Program-made: the position numbers and the translations under genes
Assembly: GCA_049699855.1 (NCBI GenBank)
Contig: JBNAWM010000015.1
Span: 1 to 19,142 of the forward strand
Length of the DNA stretch: 19,142 nucleotides
Direction of reading: 5' to 3'
DNA from: Candidatus Cryosericum sp.
GTDB lineage: Bacteria; Caldisericota; Caldisericia; Cryosericales; Cryosericaceae
Shown here: piece by piece, positions 8,038-15,384 of the stretch
How the letters are laid out: each line of letters begins with the position of its first letter
Numbering within the stretch: the stretch's first letter is position 1
The notes under the pieces: generated by a model
The model's database searches: none
Told to the model about the DNA's origin: nothing
The model's input: the letters and a program-made list of their open reading frames with translations, nothing else

Positions 8038-9441
8038 TCAATCCTCCGAGGTGGTGTCGAGCGATTCGAATCGTGTGTATCGCTTGTCGAACATGAGCTT
8101 GACATTGCCCTGCTTCCCGTTGCGGTGCTTGGCAATCAGCGCGTTGGTGGGCGTGCGGGTATTGACCTCCGATGTGTCGATCGACTCATCGGTGTAGAGG
8201 AAGATGACAATGTCGGCATCCTGTTCGATAGCTCCGCTTTCGCGCAAGTCCGACAGCTGAGGCTTCTTGCGGTCACGTTTCTCGATATCCCGTGACAATT
8301 GTGATACAACAATCACGGGGACGTTCAGCTCACGCGCCAGGTTCTTGAGCATACGGGTAATCTGCGCCACCTCCAGTACCCGGCTCTCGACCTTCTCTCC
8401 TGAAGCAGCCAACTGAAGGTAGTCCACAATGAGAAGTTCAACCTTACCAGTGACGGCAAGCCGCTTGGCTTTAGCGCGGATCTCCAGTGCAGTCAGTCCT
8501 GCAGTGTCGTCAATGTACAGCGGTGCCTCGGAGAGTTTGTTGCTGATCTGGGTAAGTGCCTGCCAGTCTTCCTGGGACAGGTATCCCGAACGCAGTTTGT
8601 CCGCCTCGATCATGGCCTCAGAGGAAATGACCCTCTCGGCCAGCTGCTCGCGCGACATCTCCAAGCTGAAGATGCCTACGGGCTTCTTGAGCCGCACAGC
8701 ATTGTAGGCTGCGATGTTCAATGCCAGTGACGTCTTGCCCACGCTGGGGCGGGCTGCCAGAACAACAAGCTCCTGTGGTTGAAAGCCCCCGATCTGAAGG
8801 TCCATGTTTTTGATCCCCGTTCCGATCCCTCGAATGGACCCCCGGTGGTCGTAGCGGTCCTCAAGCAGCTGCAACGTCTTTGGAAGAATGTGCTCGAGTG
8901 ACTGAAAGTCTCCCCGGACCATGCCCTGGGATGCCTCGTAAACAAGCTTCTCTGTTCGATCGATCAGCTGCATTGCAGTAACCGCCGGCGAGAACCCCAG
9001 TTCGTAGATGTCCCTGCCTGCCCTGATGATACTGCGCTTCACTGAACACTCTTTGATGATTTCAGCGTAGTACTTGACGTTTTCGGTGGTTGGCACGAGC
9101 TCCGCGAGCTTCGCCAGATATGCCACCCCGCCAATGCGATCGAGATCCCCATGGCTCTTGATGTCATTACTCAGGACGACAATATCCACAGGCCTGTTGG
9201 AACTTCGCAGGCGGAAGATCGATTCGCAGATGGTGACATGCTCGTCAAAGTAAAAGTCGTCCGGTTTCAGAAAATCCATGACCTCGTCGACCGTGTTGTT
9301 GGAAACAATGAAGGAGCCAAGCAGCGACTGCTCGGCTCCCATATCGTACGGCGGAATGACGTTTCCGGCTGCAGGAGAAGACTCCCCTCTTCCGTCCTGA
9401 CGGCGGACCTCGGCTATCTGGCTTCCGGTATCGTCAGCCAT
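8038..9441 (-). CDS. dnaB: Replicative DNA helicase
   Basis: PPYDMGAEQSLLG N-domain, Walker A ARPSVGKT, FSLEMS, VDYLQL, SQLSR, DLRESGAIEQDAD, AKHRNG; normal length, no intein. Confidence 0.98.
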   Translation of the reverse strand: MADDTGSQIAEVRRQDGRGESSPAAGNVIPPYDMGAEQSLLGSFIVSNNTVDEVMDFLKPDDFYFDEHVTICESIFRLRSSNRPVDIVVLSNDIKSHGDLDRIGGVAYLAKLAELVPTTENVKYYAEIIKECSVKRSIIRAGRDIYELGFSPAVTAMQLIDRTEKLVYEASQGMVRGDFQSLEHILPKTLQLLEDRYDHRGSIRGIGTGIKNMDLQIGGFQPQELVVLAARPSVGKTSLALNIAAYNAVRLKKPVGIFSLEMSREQLAERVISSEAMIEADKLRSGYLSQEDWQALTQISNKLSEAPLYIDDTAGLTALEIRAKAKRLAVTGKVELLIVDYLQLAASGEKVESRVLEVAQITRMLKNLARELNVPVIVVSQLSRDIEKRDRKKPQLSDLRESGAIEQDADIVIFLYTDESIDTSEVNTRTPTNALIAKHRNGKQGNVKLMFDKRYTRFESLDTTSED

Positions 9442-9443
9442 CC

Positions 9444-9899
9444 TCAGACAGCTTCTGTAACAGTGACAGAGATGATCGCAGTGACCTTCGGATTCAGCTT
9501 GAGGGAGATGGCGTAGAGACCCAGCGCCTTGATGGGCTCGTCTGTACTCACCACCTTCTTGTCAAGCGTGATACCCAGCTGTCGGTCGATTGCCTCGACG
9601 ATCTCCTCGGGAGTGATGGCACCGTACAGCCTTCCCTGCGGTGTTGCCTTCGCCGCAACAGTGATGGTCTGCCCGGACAGCCTCGCCGCCAGTTCCTGTG
9701 CTCGAGAAAGAGCAACATCCTTTTCCTGGGACAGTGCCATTTTGCGTTTGGTGAGAGCGGCTACTTTCTCAGGCGTTGCATCGATGGCCAGATGCTGAGG
9801 GAGAAGGTAATTGGCTGCATAGCCAACAGAAACGCTTACCACGTCATTCTTGTGGCCCACTCCCTTGACGTCGGCAAGTAAGATTACCTTCCTGTTCAT
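9444..9899 (-). CDS. rplI: 50S ribosomal protein L9
   Basis: KVILLADVKGVG...V..GYAANYLLP, GRLYGAIT, PIKALG. Confidence 0.97.
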   Translation of the reverse strand: MNRKVILLADVKGVGHKNDVVSVSVGYAANYLLPQHLAIDATPEKVAALTKRKMALSQEKDVALSRAQELAARLSGQTITVAAKATPQGRLYGAITPEEIVEAIDRQLGITLDKKVVSTDEPIKALGLYAISLKLNPKVTAIISVTVTEAV

Positions 9900-9912
9900 G
9901 TCTGCCTGGAGT

Positions 9913-10182
9913 CTATCTGTTCACGAAGGGCAGGAGAGCCATGACGCGTGCTCTCTTGATAGCAACAGCAAGCGCGCGCTGGTGCTTGGCGCACACGCCC
10001 GTTGCCCTGCGAGGAAGAATCTTGCCCTTGTCGCTGATGAACCGGCGCAGGCGTGAGGCATCCTTGTAGTCGATGACCTCAGTCTTGTCTGCGCAGAATG
10101 GGCAGAATTTCTTGCGCCCGCGGAAGAAGAACGACTTCTTTTTTCCTGTCTTGCTCGGCTTCTTGAATGGTGCGTTTGGCAT
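9913..10182 (-). CDS. rpsR: 30S ribosomal protein S18 (zinc-binding C+ type)
   Basis: CPFC...IDYKD...[17 protein letters not shown]...[12 protein letters not shown]. Confidence 0.98.
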   Translation of the reverse strand: MPNAPFKKPSKTGKKKSFFFRGRKKFCPFCADKTEVIDYKDASRLRRFISDKGKILPRRATGVCAKHQRALAVAIKRARVMALLPFVNR

Positions 10183-10201
10183 GGTAGTTTACTCCTTCAT
10201 C

Positions 10202-10675
10202 TCAATTAAATGGCACGTCACGGTCTTCAGAACCGGCACCTTGCTGCAGCGATCCCTCGGGAACATCAAAGTCCCGAAGCAGGTCATCCTCGCCCGGGCC
10301 TTCTGCAGGTTCTCCGGCGACCTGCCGGCCCTGTGGGGCTCCAATGACCTCAAAGGTAGTTGCAACAATCTCGGTGGCACGTTTCTTGGTTCCGTCGTTG
10401 GCAGTGTAGTCCCTGATGGAGAGACGTCCGGTGACCAGAACGCGAAGGCCCTTCTCCGCCGACTTCTCGATTTTGTCGGCAACGAAGGTCCACGCAGTGA
10501 TGTCGACAAAGAACGCTTCTTCTTTCCAATCTCTCACAGAAGGATCCTTCGACGCGTTCCAGCTGCGGTTGACCGCAATCGACACCCGCGCCGTCTTCTT
10601 GCCGGACGGAGTGTAGCGAATGTCGGGATCCCTCGTGATCCTGCCGGTCAGGACGACCTGATTGAGGTCGTTCAT
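10202..10675 (-). CDS. ssb: Single-stranded DNA-binding protein
   Basis: NQVVLTGRITRDPDIRYTPSG OB-fold start, KGLRVLVTGRL, acidic tail ending DVPFN; located between rpsF and rpsR. Confidence 0.97.
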   Translation of the reverse strand: MNDLNQVVLTGRITRDPDIRYTPSGKKTARVSIAVNRSWNASKDPSVRDWKEEAFFVDITAWTFVADKIEKSAEKGLRVLVTGRLSIRDYTANDGTKKRATEIVATTFEVIGAPQGRQVAGEPAEGPGEDDLLRDFDVPEGSLQQGAGSEDRDVPFN

Positions 10676-10677
10676 CT

Positions 10678-11106
10678 TCAGGCCTCTGGCGCGGAGCTGG
10701 CTTCTGGTTCGGGCGCAGTGGCAGGAGATGTTTCAGCCGACATGGTCGTGGCTGGAGCGGCTGGCACGGGCTCAGCAGTGGTTTCCTCCGAAGGAACAGC
10801 TTCAACCGAAGCCGCTGTCTTCTTCCCCTCGGGGCGGGTCACCATCCACCGAATGACACTTTCGTTGACGCGCAGGTTCTGCTTGAGTGCATCGACCTCA
10901 CCAGGTTCACATTCGAAGGAAACCACCCAGTAATATCCATCCTGCTTCTTGTTGATAAGGTAGGCCATCCGCCGGCGGCCCCAAGCATCCACCTTCAGGA
11001 TCCGACCCTTCGACGAAATGAAGGACTGAACCCCGGCAGCCACTGCCGCAGCGTCTTCCTCCGGCATGGTTCCATCCACGATAAACATTAATTCAAACTC
11101 TCTCAA
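10678..11106 (-). CDS. rpsF: 30S ribosomal protein S6 with long Ala/Pro/Glu/Thr-rich C-terminal tail
   Basis: MREFELMFIVD, WGRRRMAYLINK..DGYY, VIRWMV; TTG start behind SD GGGAGG. Confidence 0.96.
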   Translation of the reverse strand: MREFELMFIVDGTMPEEDAAAVAAGVQSFISSKGRILKVDAWGRRRMAYLINKKQDGYYWVVSFECEPGEVDALKQNLRVNESVIRWMVTRPEGKKTAASVEAVPSEETTAEPVPAAPATTMSAETSPATAPEPEASSAPEA

Positions 11107-11110
11107 GACT

Positions 11111-11160
11111 TCCTCCCTTTGGACTTAGATTTCGGCCGTCATGCGACGGCAGAGAGCGGG
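11111..11160 (-). ncRNA. S6:S18 ribosomal protein leader (translational autoregulation)
   Basis: Minus strand CTCTCT-GCCGTC-GCAT-GACGGC-CGAAATCTAAGTCC-AAAGGGAGG: inner 6-bp hairpin, adjacent CCG, and a 5' pyrimidine tract able to pair with the SD. This matches the architecture of the known S6:S18 leader. Confidence 0.75.
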
Positions 11161-11163
11161 TAT

Positions 11164-11191
11164 AGTATATGCAGGACGCTGCCGGATGCAA
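11164..11191 (-). promoter_or_regulatory. Promoter of the rpsF-ssb-rpsR-rplI-dnaB operon
   Basis: TTGCAT-16 bp-TATACT immediately 5' of the leader. Confidence 0.65.
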
Positions 11192-11244
11192 CCTGCATGG
11201 CTCTTCACGAGCCCAGCACTTTTCACCCGGCAGCGAACGTCTGT

Positions 11245-12639
11245 CTAGCGAGCCTTCTCGAGAAATGCGCGATATGCGAGATAGCAGGAATACAGATCGG
11301 CCTTGCTGGCAAGCTCCTGAGGAGCATGCATGGACAGAAGAGCGGGCCCTGTATCAAGCGTCTCAATGCCACGCTTGGAGAGGAACTTGGCAATGGTTCC
11401 ACCTCCGCCCACGTCGACCTTGCCCATCTCAGCAACCTGCCACGGGACACGACTGTCGTCAAGCAGGTCAAGAACTTTGTGCAGGGTCTCGGCAGACGCA
11501 TCATGAGCCGACGACTTGCCACGCGATCCCGTGAACTTGGTAACCACGATGCCATTTCCCACCGTAGCTGCGTTGGACGGCTCGAAGACATCCAGGTAAT
11601 TCGGATCCATGCCGGCTCCGACATCAGCACTGAGCGCCATCGAGTTCCAGAAAATCCTGGCTCCGGTGGTCTTCTCGCCCGTCATCTCGATGAGACGCTC
11701 CATCACGAGCTCCAGGAACTCACTCTGCATCCCCGTATCGCCGTCACTGCCGATCTCCTCTTTATCGACAAGGAAGACAACCTGGGTGCGCTCGGGGTCT
11801 TTCTTTTGATCCAGCAAGCCGCGCAGTGCCGTATAGCCGCAGATTCTGTCGTCCTGTCCATAGGCAAGAATCAGTCCTCGGTCAAAGCCGACTTCGCGTG
11901 GCTTCATGGCGGGCACCAACTCCAGTTCGGAAGCGGCAAATGCTTTCTCGTCGATATTCAGCTGTTCGGCCAGGATCTGCAGGGCATGCGTTCGTACAGG
12001 AGTCTTGTCTCCCGCAGCAGCATCGGGGATATGGCCGACTATTGCATCCAATGCCTCGCCCGTAATCCCCTCGCTCATTTTCTTCTCAGCTTGTGCCTGA
12101 CCCAGGTGCGGCAGAATGTCTGATATATTGAAGACGGGGTCGCCCGGTTCCTCGCCGATGCGCAGCTGGAGCTTCTTGCCATTCTTGTCATAGATAACTC
12201 CATGCAGAGCGAGCGGGATGGTGACCCACTGGTATTTCTTGATGCCACCGTAGTAGTGCGTCTGGAAGAGACTCAATCCAGTGCTCTCGAACAGAGGATT
12301 CTGCTTGACATCGATGCGCGGAGCATCAACGTGTGCAGCCACCATATTGAAACCCTCGCTCAGGGGACGCTGCCCCATACGCACCAGGACGGCGTTCTTG
12401 CCCCTATTGACAAACAGAAGCTTCCGAGCCTTTGGCAGTGGCTTTGGAGACAACGCGTCAACAGTCTTATAGCCAGCAGCCTCGGCCATGACAACTGCTG
12501 CCTCGACAAATTCGCGCTCGGTCTTGGCATCGGCCAGCACTGACATGTACTCGACCGCCAGCCGCTCTGTTTCTTTGCGATCGACTGTTTTCCACGCCGA
12601 ACTCTTGTTCAACCCGGTTTCCTGGGACTTTGGCATCAT
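11245..12639 (-). CDS. M18-family aminopeptidase (ApeA/aspartyl aminopeptidase-like)
   Basis: AAHVDAPR, HYYGGIKKYQW, GQDDRIC, DKEEIGS, SADV, SMHAP metal-ligand motifs; SD AGGAGG. Confidence 0.93.
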   Translation of the reverse strand: MMPKSQETGLNKSSAWKTVDRKETERLAVEYMSVLADAKTEREFVEAAVVMAEAAGYKTVDALSPKPLPKARKLLFVNRGKNAVLVRMGQRPLSEGFNMVAAHVDAPRIDVKQNPLFESTGLSLFQTHYYGGIKKYQWVTIPLALHGVIYDKNGKKLQLRIGEEPGDPVFNISDILPHLGQAQAEKKMSEGITGEALDAIVGHIPDAAAGDKTPVRTHALQILAEQLNIDEKAFAASELELVPAMKPREVGFDRGLILAYGQDDRICGYTALRGLLDQKKDPERTQVVFLVDKEEIGSDGDTGMQSEFLELVMERLIEMTGEKTTGARIFWNSMALSADVGAGMDPNYLDVFEPSNAATVGNGIVVTKFTGSRGKSSAHDASAETLHKVLDLLDDSRVPWQVAEMGKVDVGGGGTIAKFLSKRGIETLDTGPALLSMHAPQELASKADLYSCYLAYRAFLEKAR

Positions 12640-12664
12640 CTACCTCCTGATATGTGGTGAGATG

Positions 12665-12700
12665 AGCATACCTTGAAATTGTACCAAAATCAAATAGGAT
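12665..12700. promoter_or_regulatory. Overlapping divergent promoters (aminopeptidase and mgl operon)
   Basis: Plus strand: TTGAAA(12673)-16 bp-TAGGAT(12695). Minus strand: TTGATT(12693)-17 bp-TATGCT(12670), plus a TG-n-TACAAT extended -10 candidate at 12686-12678. The intergenic region is an AT-rich 88 bp. Confidence 0.5.
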
Positions 12701-12727
12701 GCTAGCACAGGACGAAAGAGGTGTGGT

Positions 12728-13270
12728 ATGGAATTGCGTGGCGATCTGCAAAGCTTTTCTCTGGCTCAGCTCATCCAGACCCTGGATGGTGCACAGAGAA
12801 CTGGGAAGCTGGTTATTGAGGGGCACTTGGGGAATTTTGCCATCTTTTTCCAGAAAGGCCGGGTTATCCATGCCCAATCTCCGTACAGCAGTGGATTACC
12901 GGCGTTTTTTGATGCTTTCCTGGAACGCGAGGGCAGTTTCAACTTTGTGTCCAACGTGATCATGCCCCCGCCTCGTATCAGCCAGAGCACCACGAGTCTG
13001 CTCATAGAGGCTACGAGGCTTGGTGCTGAATATGCAAGCTCGGGCCGTCAGGTTGAGCCTCCGAAGCTTGAGGTACGCCCACTGGAGAACGATTCAGCAA
13101 CTCTGGTGACGCTGACCTCGGACGAGTTTCTCCTGCTTCAGAGGGTGGACGAACCTGGTTCGTTCGACAGGATTCTGAAAGATGCCGAGTTTGGTTTCTT
13201 CCGCGGCTGGGCTGCTCTCAATGGCCTGGCCAGCAAAGGGATGATTACGTTGTCGCAACTGGAGGCATAG
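12728..13270 (+). CDS. DUF4388 (PatA_N/PATAN) domain protein with C-terminal wHTH-like region
   Basis: LRGDLQSFSLAQLIQTL...TGKLVI...IFFQKGRVIHA...GSFNF...TTSLLIEATRL is the DUF4388 pattern; LTSDEFLLL...LNGLASKGMI resembles a wHTH. SD AGAGGTG. Confidence 0.82.
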   Translation: MELRGDLQSFSLAQLIQTLDGAQRTGKLVIEGHLGNFAIFFQKGRVIHAQSPYSSGLPAFFDAFLEREGSFNFVSNVIMPPPRISQSTTSLLIEATRLGAEYASSGRQVEPPKLEVRPLENDSATLVTLTSDEFLLLQRVDEPGSFDRILKDAEFGFFRGWAALNGLASKGMITLSQLEA

Positions 13271-13750
13271 ATGGAAGGTCAACTTTCTTCGCTGGTCATT
13301 ACCAAGGAGGATATCGGGGCGATTGATGAGCTGTTTTCTCAATATCTCATCGACTCGCAGGCAAAAGACATCATCCTGCTCAACAAGAGCGGTGAACTGC
13401 TGGCTAAGAGTGGTACTGTGACGCGTGAGTCTGCTGTGGCAGTTTCAGCTCTTGCGGCAGGTGTCTTCTCGGCAACCAACGAATTGGCTAAACTACTGGG
13501 CGAACGCGAATTCACCCTCACATTTCATCAGGGCAAGGAAACCAATATCCACATTTCGCTCGTGGACCCGCTGATTTTGCTGGCTGTGATCTTTGACAAC
13601 AAGGCGCCAATTGGCGCCATCAGATTCTGGGCGAAAAAAATCGCTGGATCGATCAAGCCGGTTCTGGATAAAATGGCGTCTCAACCCCATGAAGAGCCGA
13701 CCCAGGAGTTCAAAAAGGGCTTGCAGGATGAGATCGACAATCTCTTCTAA
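13271..13750 (+). CDS. mglB: Roadblock/LC7 protein, MglB-type GTPase regulator
   Basis: LLNKSGELLA, SALAAGVFSATNELAKLLGEREFTLTFHQG, LAVIFD..APIGAIR and the C-terminal DEIDNLF; directly upstream of mglA. Confidence 0.88.
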   Translation: MEGQLSSLVITKEDIGAIDELFSQYLIDSQAKDIILLNKSGELLAKSGTVTRESAVAVSALAAGVFSATNELAKLLGEREFTLTFHQGKETNIHISLVDPLILLAVIFDNKAPIGAIRFWAKKIAGSIKPVLDKMASQPHEEPTQEFKKGLQDEIDNLF

Positions 13751-13770
13751 GCGCTGCTGAGAGCTGTCTG

Positions 13771-14340
13771 ATGTCGTTGATCGATTTCTCGAAGTCCGAG
13801 ATCACCTTCAAGGTGGTCTACTACGGACCTGCAATGAGTGGCAAGACCACCAATCTCAGCTGGATCTTCCGCACGATCCCCGAAAAGGTGAAGGGGCAGT
13901 TCACCTCGATCGCCACCGAGACCGAACGTACCCTCTTCTTCGACTTCCTGCCGGTCGAGCTTGGCACCGTGAAGGGCTTCAAAATCCGCCTGAGTCTTTA
14001 CACTGTTCCCGGACAGGAGCTGTACAAGTTGACACGCAAGTCGGTGCTCAAGTCGGTCGACGGCATTGTGTTCGTGGCAGACTCAAACCGAAATCGACGC
14101 GACGATAATGTCAGGAACCTCGAGGACATGTTCAAGAACCTGCAGGACTACGGTCTGCCTGACACGCCGGTCATCTATCAGCTGAACAAACGTGACATGC
14201 CCGACATCATGCCTGTCTCGGACCTCGTGCGTGATTTGAACCTGATGGGAAAGCCTGTCTTCCTTGGCATTGCAAGCAGCGGCGTCGCGGTGATGGATTC
14301 ACTCAAGAGCATTACAAGGGAAGTTGTCAGCAAGATCTGA
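13771..14340 (+). CDS. mglA: MglA-family small Ras-like GTPase
   Basis: KVVYYGPAMSGKTTNL (G1), TERTLFFDFLP (switch I Arg-Thr), LYTVPGQ (G3), DGIVFVADS, NKRD (G4). Confidence 0.93.
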   Translation: MSLIDFSKSEITFKVVYYGPAMSGKTTNLSWIFRTIPEKVKGQFTSIATETERTLFFDFLPVELGTVKGFKIRLSLYTVPGQELYKLTRKSVLKSVDGIVFVADSNRNRRDDNVRNLEDMFKNLQDYGLPDTPVIYQLNKRDMPDIMPVSDLVRDLNLMGKPVFLGIASSGVAVMDSLKSITREVVSKI

Positions 14341-14385
14341 CGCGGCACACGGAGTGGCCTGACAGCCCACTGCCGCAGGGAAAAC

Positions 14386-15384
14386 TCAGGCTCCCCCTTC
14401 TTCGTCCATATCCTGTACCCAGCCGTGGAGCAGGCCTGATCGGGACCACTCCTCCATCACCTCGTCGAACTCAGCTTCGTTGATCTTCCGGTTGATTCCC
14501 AGAACAGGATCGAGCGCTCTGTATGCAGCAAAGTACTGCGTCATGACACTCACATAAGTCTCCGGTGAGAGTTGGCGGGCAACAAAACTGAACACGTCGC
14601 GTGCCATTCGCGCATAACCGGGCAGGATCAGGTATCGCACAATGATGCCATGCGGGATGTACCGCCCGCTCTGGTCCATCTTGATGTCGCCCACCTGGCT
14701 ATGCATTTCCACCAGGGCTGCTTTGGCATTGCGCACGTAGTCGCTGACTCCCGACAACCGCAGGCCCACCTGTTCATCGGTGTAGCGAAGGTCTGCCAGA
14801 TAGACATCGACGATCCCATCCAGCAGTTTGAGCGCTGACACCTCATCATAGCTGCTGGTGTTGTACACCAGCGGAATGTGCAGTCCCCCCTGGCGGGCAG
14901 CGTACACGGACGCAAGCACCTGGGGGACCTGGTGCGAAGGGGTGACAAGGTTGATGTTGTGGGCTCCCTTCCGCTGGAGTTCCAGAAAAGCCGATGCCAG
15001 CGAGCGCACCTCCATGTCGGTTCCGTGGTTCAGTTGACTCAAGGGATAGTTCTGGCAGTAGCTGCATCTCAGATTACAGCCACTGAAGAACACTGCACCC
15101 GATCCTCTTGTGCCACTGACAGGCGGTTCTTCGCCATGGTGCAAGTTCCACACGAACACTCTCGGCCTGATGCCTGCTCCGCAGGCTCCGACTTCTCCCG
15201 AGAGCCGGTCTGCCCCGCACCGCCGTGGACAGAGGTCACACGCGGAGAGTCGACGGTAGGCCGAGCGAATCCTGTCCCGAAAGTCGGCATCCGAGAGCGA
15301 GAGATACGACCCGTCGGTGTCGACCACCACGCCAGGCAGGTCCGACACAGAGTCCTCGGAGGCCAATGGCTCTAACGGGTCCAC
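14386..15384 (-). CDS. Radical SAM protein, PflX-like (COG1313), function unknown
   Basis: Auxiliary CDLCPRRC...GAC motif, HHGEEPPVSG..GSGAVFFSGCNLRCSYCQN (CX3CX2C), NINLVTPSH, PLVYNTSSY. The GTG start overlaps the trmFO 3' end. Confidence 0.88.
   Translation of the reverse strand: MDPLEPLASEDSVSDLPGVVVDTDGSYLSLSDADFRDRIRSAYRRLSACDLCPRRCGADRLSGEVGACGAGIRPRVFVWNLHHGEEPPVSGTRGSGAVFFSGCNLRCSYCQNYPLSQLNHGTDMEVRSLASAFLELQRKGAHNINLVTPSHQVPQVLASVYAARQGGLHIPLVYNTSSYDEVSALKLLDGIVDVYLADLRYTDEQVGLRLSGVSDYVRNAKAALVEMHSQVGDIKMDQSGRYIPHGIIVRYLILPGYARMARDVFSFVARQLSPETYVSVMTQYFAAYRALDPVLGINRKINEAEFDEVMEEWSRSGLLHGWVQDMDEEGGA

Noticed and set aside
8038..9441. Possible intein in DnaB
   Set aside because: 467 aa with contiguous helicase motifs; no insertion.
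11119..12123. 334-aa plus-strand ORF (likewise 10073-10933, 4105-4851, 15756-16508, 16330-17223, 18026-18937)
   Set aside because: All lie antisense to conserved genes; long shadow frames are expected in GC-rich coding DNA.
14341..14385. Bidirectional terminator between mglA and the radical SAM gene
   Set aside because: Only an interrupted hairpin (GCGGCA...AGTGG/CCACT-GCCGC) with no downstream U-tract on either strand.
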